From Candidatus Methanomethylicia archaeon (GTDB taxonomy: Archaea; Thermoproteota; Methanomethylicia; Culexarchaeales; Culexarchaeaceae): a stretch of 64,000 nt of DNA. A model generated the notes under the pieces. That model did no database searches. It was not told where the DNA came from and saw only the letters and a program-made list of their open reading frames with translations. The number at the start of each line of letters is the position of its first letter. Within the stretch, counting starts at the first letter, position 1. The translations under genes and the position numbers were made by a program. The stretch covers positions 128,001 to 192,000 of the forward strand of contig JAVYVS010000002.1 in NCBI GenBank assembly GCA_038727515.1. Reading direction: 5' to 3'. Positions 19,796-28,355 of the stretch are shown piece after piece.

Positions 19796-21367
19796 CTATA
19801 CCTTTCCCATAGATTCCATTTCTTTAACTGCTTCTTCATATACCTCCTTTGGATTGTAATGGTATCTAAATATCCATTTACTAACTTCCATAAAATCATA
19901 TACACCCTTCATCACAAGCCATCTTAAAACTGTACTCCTCCTATAAATCTCTTCCCTCAACTCATCTACACTTCTACCACTCATTTCACTAATTTTTCCA
20001 ATTAACCAAGAGTTTTCCAATGTAAATTTATGTTGATCTAAAGATGGATCCCATATGGACACAGTCCTATACTTCCCATAATCTTCTACTTCTTGCATAA
20101 TCCTAACCCTCCTCTCAGTTCTACCAATCTCCCCAATTGCAACTCTATCAATATGTAGAAATATATTCATTAATTTAACGTAGGTTTCAGGTATATTCAT
20201 GGGTGGAGATGTAATCCTCTTTATGGCATAATCCAGAGATTCAGCGTGTATTGTTGATATTCCACCATGACCTGTAGCCATAGCTTGAAATAGTACGAAA
20301 GCTTCTTCACCTCTAATCTCACCAACAATTAAATAGTCAGGTCTATATCTCAAAGACAATTTAATAAGATCAAAAAGTTTAATTTCAGTTATAGTTATAC
20401 CAACAGCATATGTAGGTCTAACAGTCAATTGAATCCAATTCTCATGTGGAAGATTAAGTTCAGGGGTATCTTCAACAGTCACAATCTTGAGACCAGGTCT
20501 AATAAATAGGCTTAAAGCATTTAGAAGCGTAGTTTTACCAGCACCAGTCCCACCGGAAATCATAATAGTCCTACCATAATCAAGCATAAGCCAAATATAT
20601 CCAGCCATAAACTCATCAATCACGTTGTCAGCTATAAGCTCAGTGGGAGAAAAAGGTTTAGCCCTAAACTTCCTAATGGTAAAAGTCGACCCAGCAGTAC
20701 TAACCTCAGAACCAAATGTTGCTGCAACCCTATGTTTCTCTGGAAGCATAGTATCAAGAGTTGGATATGCAAGACTAATATGTTTACCAGCCCTATGAGC
20801 AAGCTTCAAAATAAACTCATTTAAAACCTTAACATCCCTAAAAACAATATTAGTAGGTATACTCTCATAACGCCTATGCCAAACATAAATAGGCCTATTA
20901 ACACCAACACAACTAATATCCTCAACATTAGGATCAAGCATCAAAACATGAATAGGACCATAACCAAGCAAATCCCTCTCAACATAATACAGAACCCTAT
21001 CCCTCATAGCACCACTAAGCCTCAAACTACCACGATACCTATCAGCAATACGCCTAATCTCACTAAAAACATAACCCCTCAAATCCTCAGCAACACTATA
21101 AACCTTCAACTCCTCAGTAACAAAATCAACAAGCTTATCATAAACATCCCTCTCCTCATAACTAAGCCTATACTCATCAACATAATACGCAACAGCACCA
21201 CCCATCCAAGGAATCCTAACAATATAAACCCTAGCGAAAGGCTCAAAAACAGGATAACTCTCCAAAACCTCAAACCTCTCATCCAATGGAAGAAACTCCA
21301 CAGCCTTCTCAACAACCACCCTCCTAACAACACGAACCTTAGGACTAACAAAAGGAAGCCTAACCAT
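19796..21367 (-). CDS. Type IV pilus/secretion ATPase (VirB11/ArlI/CpaF family)
   Basis: DPNVEDISC, STFTIRKF, GGTGAGKTT, EDTPEL, LRYRPDYLIVGEIRGEE, TGHGGISTIHA. Confidence 0.95.
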   Translation of the reverse strand: MVRLPFVSPKVRVVRRVVVEKAVEFLPLDERFEVLESYPVFEPFARVYIVRIPWMGGAVAYYVDEYRLSYEERDVYDKLVDFVTEELKVYSVAEDLRGYVFSEIRRIADRYRGSLRLSGAMRDRVLYYVERDLLGYGPIHVLMLDPNVEDISCVGVNRPIYVWHRRYESIPTNIVFRDVKVLNEFILKLAHRAGKHISLAYPTLDTMLPEKHRVAATFGSEVSTAGSTFTIRKFRAKPFSPTELIADNVIDEFMAGYIWLMLDYGRTIMISGGTGAGKTTLLNALSLFIRPGLKIVTVEDTPELNLPHENWIQLTVRPTYAVGITITEIKLFDLIKLSLRYRPDYLIVGEIRGEEAFVLFQAMATGHGGISTIHAESLDYAIKRITSPPMNIPETYVKLMNIFLHIDRVAIGEIGRTERRVRIMQEVEDYGKYRTVSIWDPSLDQHKFTLENSWLIGKISEMSGRSVDELREEIYRRSTVLRWLVMKGVYDFMEVSKWIFRYHYNPKEVYEEAVKEMESMGKV

Positions 21368-21443
21368 ACAAACCCAAAAAAACTAAACACAACCAAAATA
21401 TAAACATATCACCAAAAATACAAAAAGAATACAAAACATATAT

Positions 21444-21497
21444 AAAAGAAAAACTTTAAATATTCCACACAATTCAATAGTATAAACAAAATGGTGA
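21444..21497 (+). promoter_or_regulatory. Pilin promoter (BRE + TATA) and SD
   Basis: aaaagaaaaac then TTTAAATA at 21455-21462; GGTGA at 21493-21497, 6 nt before the ATG. Confidence 0.65.
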
Positions 21498-21503
21498 ATA
21501 TAT

Positions 21504-21923
21504 ATGGAGAATAAAAAGAGTAAAGGTATATCACCAGTAATAGCAACAATAATAATGGTGGCAGTAGCAATAGTAATAAGCATTGCAGCAGCATTCTGGC
21601 TAACAGGACTAATGGGAGCATTCACAACATACGAAAACATAAGGATAATGGCTTACGCCAGCAGAAGTGGAAATAATTACTATATAAATGTAACTATACA
21701 AAATATTGGAAGCTTAAATGTAACTATAACACAATTTAATGTCGGAGGAATGAACGCAACAAATGTAATTCCAGATAAAACTAAATGGGTTATAGAACCT
21801 GGTGCGTTTAAAATCTTTCAAATTAGTGGCTTTACAACGGATAATTTCCGTCCCGGTAGTACCGTTAGAATAATTGTAGTGACTACAAGAGCATCTTATG
21901 AAGGTCAAGTAACCCTTCCATAA
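21504..21923 (+). CDS. Archaeal type IV pilin
   Basis: Class III signal peptide KKSKG/ISPVIATIIMVAVAIVISIAAAFW; NVT, NVT and NAT sequons; divergent from the pilus ATPase. Confidence 0.93.
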   Translation: MENKKSKGISPVIATIIMVAVAIVISIAAAFWLTGLMGAFTTYENIRIMAYASRSGNNYYINVTIQNIGSLNVTITQFNVGGMNATNVIPDKTKWVIEPGAFKIFQISGFTTDNFRPGSTVRIIVVTTRASYEGQVTLP

Positions 21924-22339
21924 ATCTCTTCATATTTTTACGATATTGAATTTACATAAGTGAAGAGTTACACTTTAAATTAACACAGTCAAATTTTTGT
22001 CAACAAGAAAGTTAAAAATCAAGTTATTAATTGAAATTTTCCAGTTAGAAGATAAAACTTTAGATGCCTCACCGAATGTGAGTCCTGAACTATGTAGTCT
22101 TTGATGTATATATGTAATCATAGTAGCAATTTCAAAATAAGATAAGTTTAAATATTTATTTAAGTTTGTAGGGGGTTGGAACTTTTGATGAAAGTTCATA
22201 TAATTTGAATTTTGTTCCTTCAGTTTGGCTTGTGGAATGAATTTAATATATAGTTGTTCCAAATATTTCAAGTGGATTTAAACATATTTTTATCTTTCAT
22301 TGGACTATTGTATAGGAATATGTAGATATAGTAGTTTAG

Positions 22340-22534
22340 TTGAAGAGATTTTTCGTTACGAGAAAGAAGGATAAAATTATGATATTGTGCTTTATATGTG
22401 TAGTATTGATTGTTTTTATGACATTTATTGTTCCATTGATCATCATTGGTACATCTTTAAATGATTACATAATGATTTTATATTGTGAAACTATATGTAT
22501 TGTAAACATTATTCTACCTATAAATAGCATATGA
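22340..22534 (+). pseudogene. Possible remnant of a membrane protein gene
   Basis: Basic N-terminus plus hydrophobic stretch, then stops, in an otherwise ORF-poor AT-rich tract. Confidence 0.25.
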
Positions 22535-22739
22535 TTTCTTTACAATATAAAATCATTAATAATTATAGTAATATGAAGGAAACATCAATAAATTAAGATG
22601 ATTATCCCAACATTTATGTCAATTAAATATTTAATAAGGAGCAACATGACCTAATGACCTATATTTATTTACTACTTCTTTTTCTTTAATATTTCTAGAG
22701 CTCTAATGATGATTTCTTATAAATAAATAAAGGGGTTAT

Positions 22740-23816
22740 TTAAATTTTTATTTTTGTTAATATATCGTTTATAAGAGTTTTCCTGTCTATTTGCCATCTT
22801 CCCTCTTTAAATGGTTCACCATAGAAGTAGTATCTCATGCTTGTTTTGTAATCTGCCCACATGAACTCCATTTCTTCCACTTTCCCCTGTATTATTCTGC
22901 CGAATTCCGATATGAAGGTGGGTGGTAGGAATATTTGTAGTATAAAGCCTTCTTTTAATGGTACAAATGTTGATTGAAATGGGAGTTCTTTTATTGCTGT
23001 AGCTATTTTTGCTGTTGTTGTTATTGGACATTTACATTTGAATATGAATTGATCAAATATCCTTGATGCATGTGTATAAACTACTACTCTAAAACCTTCT
23101 ATAACTCCATTATCAATGTAGAATGATATTCTCCTACTTAAATGGTATTCAGGTATCCCCGTCTTCTTACTAATGTCCTTTAATCTTTCCCTAGCATTTA
23201 TTGTAAGCTCCCTTAAAATAATCATATCCTTTTCATTCATCTGATGTAGTATTGATGGTGGGTAGGGATTTAATTCAGCTTTCTCTATACTTTCAATCTT
23301 CCTCTCCCAAACATTCCAATCTAAATTCCATGAATCTTCTCTAACATTATAACTTGAGAAATCGTTTTCATTATAAATCCATTTTGCTATAGTTGTATAA
23401 TAATTGTATCCTCTTATATAACCTAATTTTTCAAGTTCATCTAAAAGATTTATTAATAGTGGTTGTGAACCTCTAGGCATATTAAATACCATTAATAAAC
23501 CATTTACTGAGCCTAGAACCCTAATTCTATAACGTGTATATGGATGTAGATCACATACTTTTTCAATTATGGGTATATCCTTAAACTTAACATTTGAAAA
23601 AACAACTATTGAATCCATATCTAATGAGGGAGCACATATTTGTGCTGCAACATAATACAATACTTTACTTTCAATTAAATCTTTAAGCCTCTTAGATACA
23701 GTTTTAACATTTAAACCAGTGAGTTTACTTATTTCCACTACCTTTGAGAGAGGGTTTTTCCCCAACGCTGTAAGTATTTTGTAGTCTTCCTCATCTAAGA
23801 TACGCAACTTCATCAC
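22740..23816 (-). CDS. Tandem (double) Lrp/AsnC-type winged-helix regulator
   Basis: Two HTH modules, LDEEDYKILTAL..NP...EISKLTGLNVKTVSKRLKDL and MNEKDMIILREL..NAR..LKDISKKTGIPEYHLSRRI, each followed by a RAM-like segment. Confidence 0.8.
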   Translation of the reverse strand: MMKLRILDEEDYKILTALGKNPLSKVVEISKLTGLNVKTVSKRLKDLIESKVLYYVAAQICAPSLDMDSIVVFSNVKFKDIPIIEKVCDLHPYTRYRIRVLGSVNGLLMVFNMPRGSQPLLINLLDELEKLGYIRGYNYYTTIAKWIYNENDFSSYNVREDSWNLDWNVWERKIESIEKAELNPYPPSILHQMNEKDMIILRELTINARERLKDISKKTGIPEYHLSRRISFYIDNGVIEGFRVVVYTHASRIFDQFIFKCKCPITTTAKIATAIKELPFQSTFVPLKEGFILQIFLPPTFISEFGRIIQGKVEEMEFMWADYKTSMRYYFYGEPFKEGRWQIDRKTLINDILTKIKI

Positions 23817-23873
23817 CTCCAGCAGATATCGCTCTATTAGCTTTATGGCAATTGCTGAAATTCAATTTACCAC

Positions 23874-24119
23874 TTATTCTAGTGGTCCAGGGGCTCCACC
23901 TGGTGGATCAAAGGTTACGGTTTTTATTAATACTCCATCTTTAAATATTCCTATTGTTACCCAAGTTTTCCCATCTATTACTTCCACTGATATTACTTTT
24001 ACTTCCACCTTCTTTTCATCACAATCCTTTTTTGCTAGTGTTGGTGTTGCGTATAATACTGTTGCTAGGAGGGTTATTATTACTAAACTTAGTAGTAATA
24101 TTGTTTTTGTTTTTTGCAT
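23874..24119 (-). CDS. Small secreted protein (signal peptide plus about 52-aa mature part)
   Basis: MQKTKTILLLSLVIITLLATVLYATPTLA then a beta-rich segment ending FDPPGGAPGPLE; own TATA and SD. Confidence 0.75.
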   Translation of the reverse strand: MQKTKTILLLSLVIITLLATVLYATPTLAKKDCDEKKVEVKVISVEVIDGKTWVTIGIFKDGVLIKTVTFDPPGGAPGPLE

Positions 24120-24123
24120 ATAT

Positions 24124-24170
24124 TCACCACATTAAATTTTTGTTTTCTTTATATTTAAATTTTTCCTTTT
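24124..24170 (-). promoter_or_regulatory. Promoter (BRE + TATA) and SD of the small secreted protein
   Basis: Minus strand reads aaaaggaaaaa-TTTAAATA (24159-24152) and GGTGA (24128-24124); closely resembles the pilin promoter. Confidence 0.6.
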
Positions 24171-24315
24171 TATTGTTTTTTCATGCAATTTTTATCCATA
24201 TTTATAATTTTATCATAACCATTTTTTGCATTTTAAATTTCTCTCGAATTTTTAATAAATTAGTTAGCAATTTTGTGGTAAGATTTATATATGTATTTAC
24301 CATATATTTGCAATC

Positions 24316-24813
24316 GTGGGAAATAATTTTTCCATTCCATATTCAATATTTACTCTTTTTTTGGTTTCTTTATCTACTGTTCTCCCCATAATGGCTTGGG
24401 TTGATTCTCTTGTTCATGGTATTTATGGTGGAGGTGAATTACGCATAGACCTTTTAAATTATAATTATGATTCTAACATTGGATTTTATGTTTTTGATTT
24501 TAAGGTTTTTAATGGTTATGTGGAGTTTATAAATTTAATTGATGTTTCAATTAATGGTTTATCTTTTAAGGGGTTTGGTGAAAATGCGTATTTCTCTCAG
24601 CTTTCCCAATTAGAGTATGATTTTGGCATGATTTCTAGTAGGAATTATGCCAATAAGTTTTATATTACTATACTTGGGAAATCCACAATTTACTTAAAAC
24701 TTTATCTTCCAAAAACCATTTTTAACAATAATTGTATGAATTTCACTTTTAGGTTTATTAAGGGTTATGATAGTAGTAAGGTATTGTCTGTTGAAGTTGC
24801 TATGGTTAGATAG
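24316..24813 (+). CDS. Membrane-anchored protein, degenerate pilin-like
   Basis: N-terminal hydrophobic helix ending AWVDSL..G, then ELRI..FKVFNG..INLIDVSING; TTTATATA about 25 nt upstream of the GTG. Confidence 0.6.
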   Translation: MGNNFSIPYSIFTLFLVSLSTVLPIMAWVDSLVHGIYGGGELRIDLLNYNYDSNIGFYVFDFKVFNGYVEFINLIDVSINGLSFKGFGENAYFSQLSQLEYDFGMISSRNYANKFYITILGKSTIYLKLYLPKTIFNNNCMNFTFRFIKGYDSSKVLSVEVAMVR

Positions 24814-24861
24814 CTATTTGTGATTTGGTAAGGTATTTATATTTAACATTACCTATTTACT

Positions 24862-26073
24862 TTGATATTTATGTTGAAGTTTTATTTGGAGTGTAGTGGT
24901 TGTGGAGAAGTTTATGATGTTGATAAACCTATTAATGTATGTTTAAAGTGTGGTGGTGCACTACTATACAAATATGATTTTTCTAATTTAAAGTTTGATA
25001 AAAGTGTTTTTAGTTTTAGATTTGATAGTTTTTGGAAGTATATAGACTTTCTACCTTTAAGGGGTGTTCAAGACGTAATTTCTTTAGGTGAAATTTTCAC
25101 TCCAATTATACGTTTAGATGGAGATTTATCTTATGGTTGTAGAAATCTTTTTGTTAAAGATGATGGTCATTTGCCCACTGGAACTTTTAAGGCTAGGGGT
25201 ATGGCTTTAGCAGTATCCATCCTTAAGGGTTTGGGTGTTTCTAGAGTTGCAATTCCAAGTGCTGGTAATGCTGCTGCAGCTTTATCTGCTTATGGTGCTA
25301 GAGCTGGATTGGAGGTTTATGCCTTTATGCCTAAAGATGCTCCAATAAGTACTTTGAAGGAATGTGTTTATATGGGTGCTAAGGTCTATTTGGTTGATGG
25401 TTTAATTAATGATTGTGCCAGTATTGTTTCTAGGCTTAGGGATTTTTATGGATGGTTTGATGTTTCCACTAATAAGCAGCCATATAGGTTTGAAGGTTAT
25501 AAGCTTATGGCATATGAGATTTCAGAGCAATTTGATTGGGATCCTCCTGATTACATAATATTTCCTACTGGTGGTGGTGAGGGTGTTATTGGTCTTTGGA
25601 AGGGGTTTAATGAGCTTATGGAGATTGGCTGGGTTGATAATATGCCGAAGCTTATAATTGTTCAATCCACTGGTTGTATGCCTTTGGTTAAGGCTTTCAA
25701 TGAAAATATGAAGGAAGTTTCTGATGTTTGGGTTAATGCTCAAACTATTGCTGCTGGTTTAAGGGTTCCAAAGCCTTATGCAAGTTATTTGATTCTTAAG
25801 GCTGTTAGGGATAGTGGTGGTTATGCTATTGCTGTGGGTGATGATGAGATTATGGATGCCATGAAGATTCTATCTAGAAATGGGTTTTTCACATGTCCAG
25901 AGGCTGCTTCAACTTATGCTGCTCTTAAACATCTACTTGATGATGGTATTGTGGATTCATCTGATAAAATCCTATTATACTTTACTGGTTCTGGTTTAAA
26001 ATATCTTGATGTTTACGCATTGAATGTGGATAATCTTCCAATATTACCTAAGGATGCTACTTCTCTTCCATAA
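24862..26073 (+). CDS. thrC: Threonine synthase (PLP fold II) with N-terminal Zn ribbon
   Basis: CSGC..CLKC, PTGTFKARG, PSAGNA, FPTGGG, CPEAAS, FTGSGLK. Confidence 0.85.
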   Translation: MIFMLKFYLECSGCGEVYDVDKPINVCLKCGGALLYKYDFSNLKFDKSVFSFRFDSFWKYIDFLPLRGVQDVISLGEIFTPIIRLDGDLSYGCRNLFVKDDGHLPTGTFKARGMALAVSILKGLGVSRVAIPSAGNAAAALSAYGARAGLEVYAFMPKDAPISTLKECVYMGAKVYLVDGLINDCASIVSRLRDFYGWFDVSTNKQPYRFEGYKLMAYEISEQFDWDPPDYIIFPTGGGEGVIGLWKGFNELMEIGWVDNMPKLIIVQSTGCMPLVKAFNENMKEVSDVWVNAQTIAAGLRVPKPYASYLILKAVRDSGGYAIAVGDDEIMDAMKILSRNGFFTCPEAASTYAALKHLLDDGIVDSSDKILLYFTGSGLKYLDVYALNVDNLPILPKDATSLP

Positions 26074-26842
26074 ATATTTCTCCATTAATATTTATTGCTG
26101 TTATTTCTATTAGGTCTCTTAATCCAGATGTGGATATCTTCTTCATTAATACATTTTGTATTTGGAATATTCCAGCTGGATTCTCCATAACCACTTTTAC
26201 CCTTAATGGTTTTATATTTCCCTCTTCTATTTCAACTCTTTTTATTGCTAATGCTGATAATGAGTGTATATCCTTTTTACCTAGATCGTATGGTATTCTA
26301 GCTCTCCCCTCAGCCATGTCTAGTCCATCTGCAACTTTTACTATTCCTGCTTCTAAGCTTAAGCATTGTATTTCATCGTCACTTGAATATATGCAGTGTA
26401 GAACTTCACATTTAATCTTTACTCTATCTTCTAATATATCATATATGTTTCTCAGTATTTTGTTTAATGGTTTTTCAATTATGTAGCATCCATTTTGTGG
26501 ATGTTGAATTCTATGTATACAATTTCCAATATCGTGGAGGTATGCTCCAAGTAATATTGTTAATTGTGCATCTTCCATATTCATTCCATGATCTAAAATT
26601 ACATTTGGAGTTCTATGTTTACTTATTATCTTCAATATTTCTAATGCTGCTCCTGAAGTTATTCTTGAGTGTACTGGTCCATGATCATTATACTTCAATC
26701 TTTTCACAGCCATTATATTTGACATTTTGAGTAGGGTTTGTATTTCAATGCTTCTTTCAAGCATATTCCATGCTTTTAAAATCTTTCCATTGTTTAAATA
26801 TCTTTTAATTAATGTTTGTGATACTTCCACCATACTATTCAC
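26057..26842 (-). CDS. HD-domain phosphohydrolase
   Basis: YNDHGPVH, YLHDIGN, VADGLDMAEGRARIP. Confidence 0.88.
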   Translation of the reverse strand: MNSMVEVSQTLIKRYLNNGKILKAWNMLERSIEIQTLLKMSNIMAVKRLKYNDHGPVHSRITSGAALEILKIISKHRTPNVILDHGMNMEDAQLTILLGAYLHDIGNCIHRIQHPQNGCYIIEKPLNKILRNIYDILEDRVKIKCEVLHCIYSSDDEIQCLSLEAGIVKVADGLDMAEGRARIPYDLGKKDIHSLSALAIKRVEIEEGNIKPLRVKVVMENPAGIFQIQNVLMKKISTSGLRDLIEITAININGEIFMEEK

Positions 26843-26888
26843 GAAATCATTATATTCATTTAAGCATTTATCTTAATCGGGTGTCTAT

Positions 26889-27362
26889 TTGAAGGTTTTA
26901 TGGGCTCCTTGGAGGGTTGAATATATTTCTGCTCCCAAGGATGTTGAATGCTTTTTCTGTGTTTATCCAAAGCTTAATCGTGATGATGAATTATTCATTC
27001 TAAAGCGTGGCTTACATTCATATATTGTTTTGAATGCATATCCATATAATAATGGTCATTTAATGATTGCTCCATATAGGCATGTTATATATCCCAATGA
27101 GCTTTCACGTGAAGAGGTTTTGGAGATTATGGATTTCATATCTCTATCCATTGATGTTTTGAAGAGGGCTTTTTCACCTGATGGTTTTAATATTGGTGTT
27201 AATATTGGTAGAGCTGCTGGTGCAGGTGTTGGACATTTACATTTCCATGTTGTTCCAAGATGGTTTGGTGATACTAATTTTATGCCTATACTGGCTGATG
27301 CAAAAGTTATTCCACAACATTTAAAAAGTACATTTGAAGTTTTAAAGAAATTTATTGATTGA
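26889..27362 (+). CDS. HIT-family nucleotide hydrolase/phosphorylase
   Basis: LWAPWRVEYI, NAYPYNNGHLMI, HLHFHVVPRW histidine triad. Confidence 0.93.
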   Translation: MKVLWAPWRVEYISAPKDVECFFCVYPKLNRDDELFILKRGLHSYIVLNAYPYNNGHLMIAPYRHVIYPNELSREEVLEIMDFISLSIDVLKRAFSPDGFNIGVNIGRAAGAGVGHLHFHVVPRWFGDTNFMPILADAKVIPQHLKSTFEVLKKFID

Positions 27363-27851
27363 TTACCTTTTATATCCAATGCTCCTTAGAAATCTCTTCC
27401 TCTCCTCTATCCCCTTTTCATCTTCAACTCCTAGACTTTTCCCTCCATCTACAATTCCAAGTATAGCTCTACCTTGATCTGTTTCTCCAATTATAACTTG
27501 TACTGGATTTGCAGTTGCACAATATATGTTTACTACTTCCGGTACTGCTTTAACTCTATCTAATACATTTATTGGGTATGCATTCCTCATAACTATTATG
27601 AAGCAGTGTCCAGCTGATAATTTAAGTGCATTTTCAATAGCAATTTTCCTAAGTTCTTCATCATTTCCATCATGTCTTATTAAACGTGGTCCTGAAGATT
27701 CACAGAATGCAATTCCAAATTTAACATTTGGCGTTGAATTCATCATAGCTTCATATAAATCTTCAACTGTTTTTATGAAGTGGCTTTGACCAAGTATTAT
27801 ATTGCATCCCTCTGGAACATTTAAATTTACAATTTCCAATTTAATACTCAT
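27363..27851 (-). CDS. Adenosine-specific kinase / AMP-binding protein (DUF355)
   Basis: [45 protein letters not shown]. Confidence 0.9.
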   Translation of the reverse strand: MSIKLEIVNLNVPEGCNIILGQSHFIKTVEDLYEAMMNSTPNVKFGIAFCESSGPRLIRHDGNDEELRKIAIENALKLSAGHCFIIVMRNAYPINVLDRVKAVPEVVNIYCATANPVQVIIGETDQGRAILGIVDGGKSLGVEDEKGIEERKRFLRSIGYKR

Positions 27852-27891
27852 ATCCCCTAAAACCTCAATAAATAATTTATTTAAAGTTGTT

Positions 27892-28296
27892 TTATAGGTA
27901 TTTCTCCACTATACTTATCAATTCTTCTTCAGTTACTACTCCCACTATTTCCTCCACCTTCCTTCCATTTAAGAATATTAGTGTTGTTGGAACTGCATAT
28001 ATCCTATACTCCTCTGCTAATTCTGGATTTCTATCTACATTAACCCTTCCAAACAACGCTTTACCCACAAGTTTTTCAGCTGCAGATTTAAATATTCTAC
28101 TATATATTTGGCATGGTCCACACCATTGAGCCCAGAAATCCACTACAACAAGTCTATTCTTTGATAATGCTTCTCTAAATTCATCTCTATCCAATTCCAC
28201 TTCAACACTAGCCTCCTTATTCTTCCTAGTTAATTCTTTAATTTTCTTCTCCACAATCTTTTTAAGTTCTTCATCTTCACCCATTTCAATCCCCAT
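27892..28296 (-). CDS. trxA: Thioredoxin
   Basis: [15 protein letters not shown] cis-Pro loop. Confidence 0.93.
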   Translation of the reverse strand: MGIEMGEDEELKKIVEKKIKELTRKNKEASVEVELDRDEFREALSKNRLVVVDFWAQWCGPCQIYSRIFKSAAEKLVGKALFGRVNVDRNPELAEEYRIYAVPTTLIFLNGRKVEEIVGVVTEEELISIVEKYL

Positions 28297-28355
28297 AATT
28301 AACTGTAAACATATTATTCTAGTCTCATTTATTCTTTATTGTTGAATTTCTATTT

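Noticed and set aside
20500-21400. Diversity-generating retroelement as the cause of A-depletion in the ATPase coding strand
   Set aside because: No reverse transcriptase or TR/VR repeat pair is visible; the bias is mostly at synonymous positions and extends over more than 1 kb
20876-21640. Low-complexity ORFs 20876-21403(+), 21106-21396(-), 21383-21640(-), 21409-21621(-)
   Set aside because: By-products of the extreme local skew, which removes stop codons; they overlap the ATPase and pilin
20400-21660. Simple recombinase-driven invertible promoter segment
   Set aside because: No flanking inverted repeats or recombinase seen; the skew fades gradually inside an intact ATPase gene
16784-21923. 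Archaellum operon
   Set aside because: No adjacent arlH/arlF/arlG-like genes; the filament protein looks like a short pilin; the KaiC-like gene is about 7 kb away
22036-22052. ORB-like word ttttccagttagaag
   Set aside because: Single weak match with no adjacent G-string, no repeat copies and no cdc6/orc1 nearby
21975-22271. 98-aa minus-strand ORF
   Set aside because: No motif, no clear SD, atypical composition; not supportable as a gene
23845-24391. ORFs 23845-24135(+) and 23954-24391(+)
   Set aside because: Antisense to the secreted-protein gene or running through its T-rich promoter; composition reflects the skew
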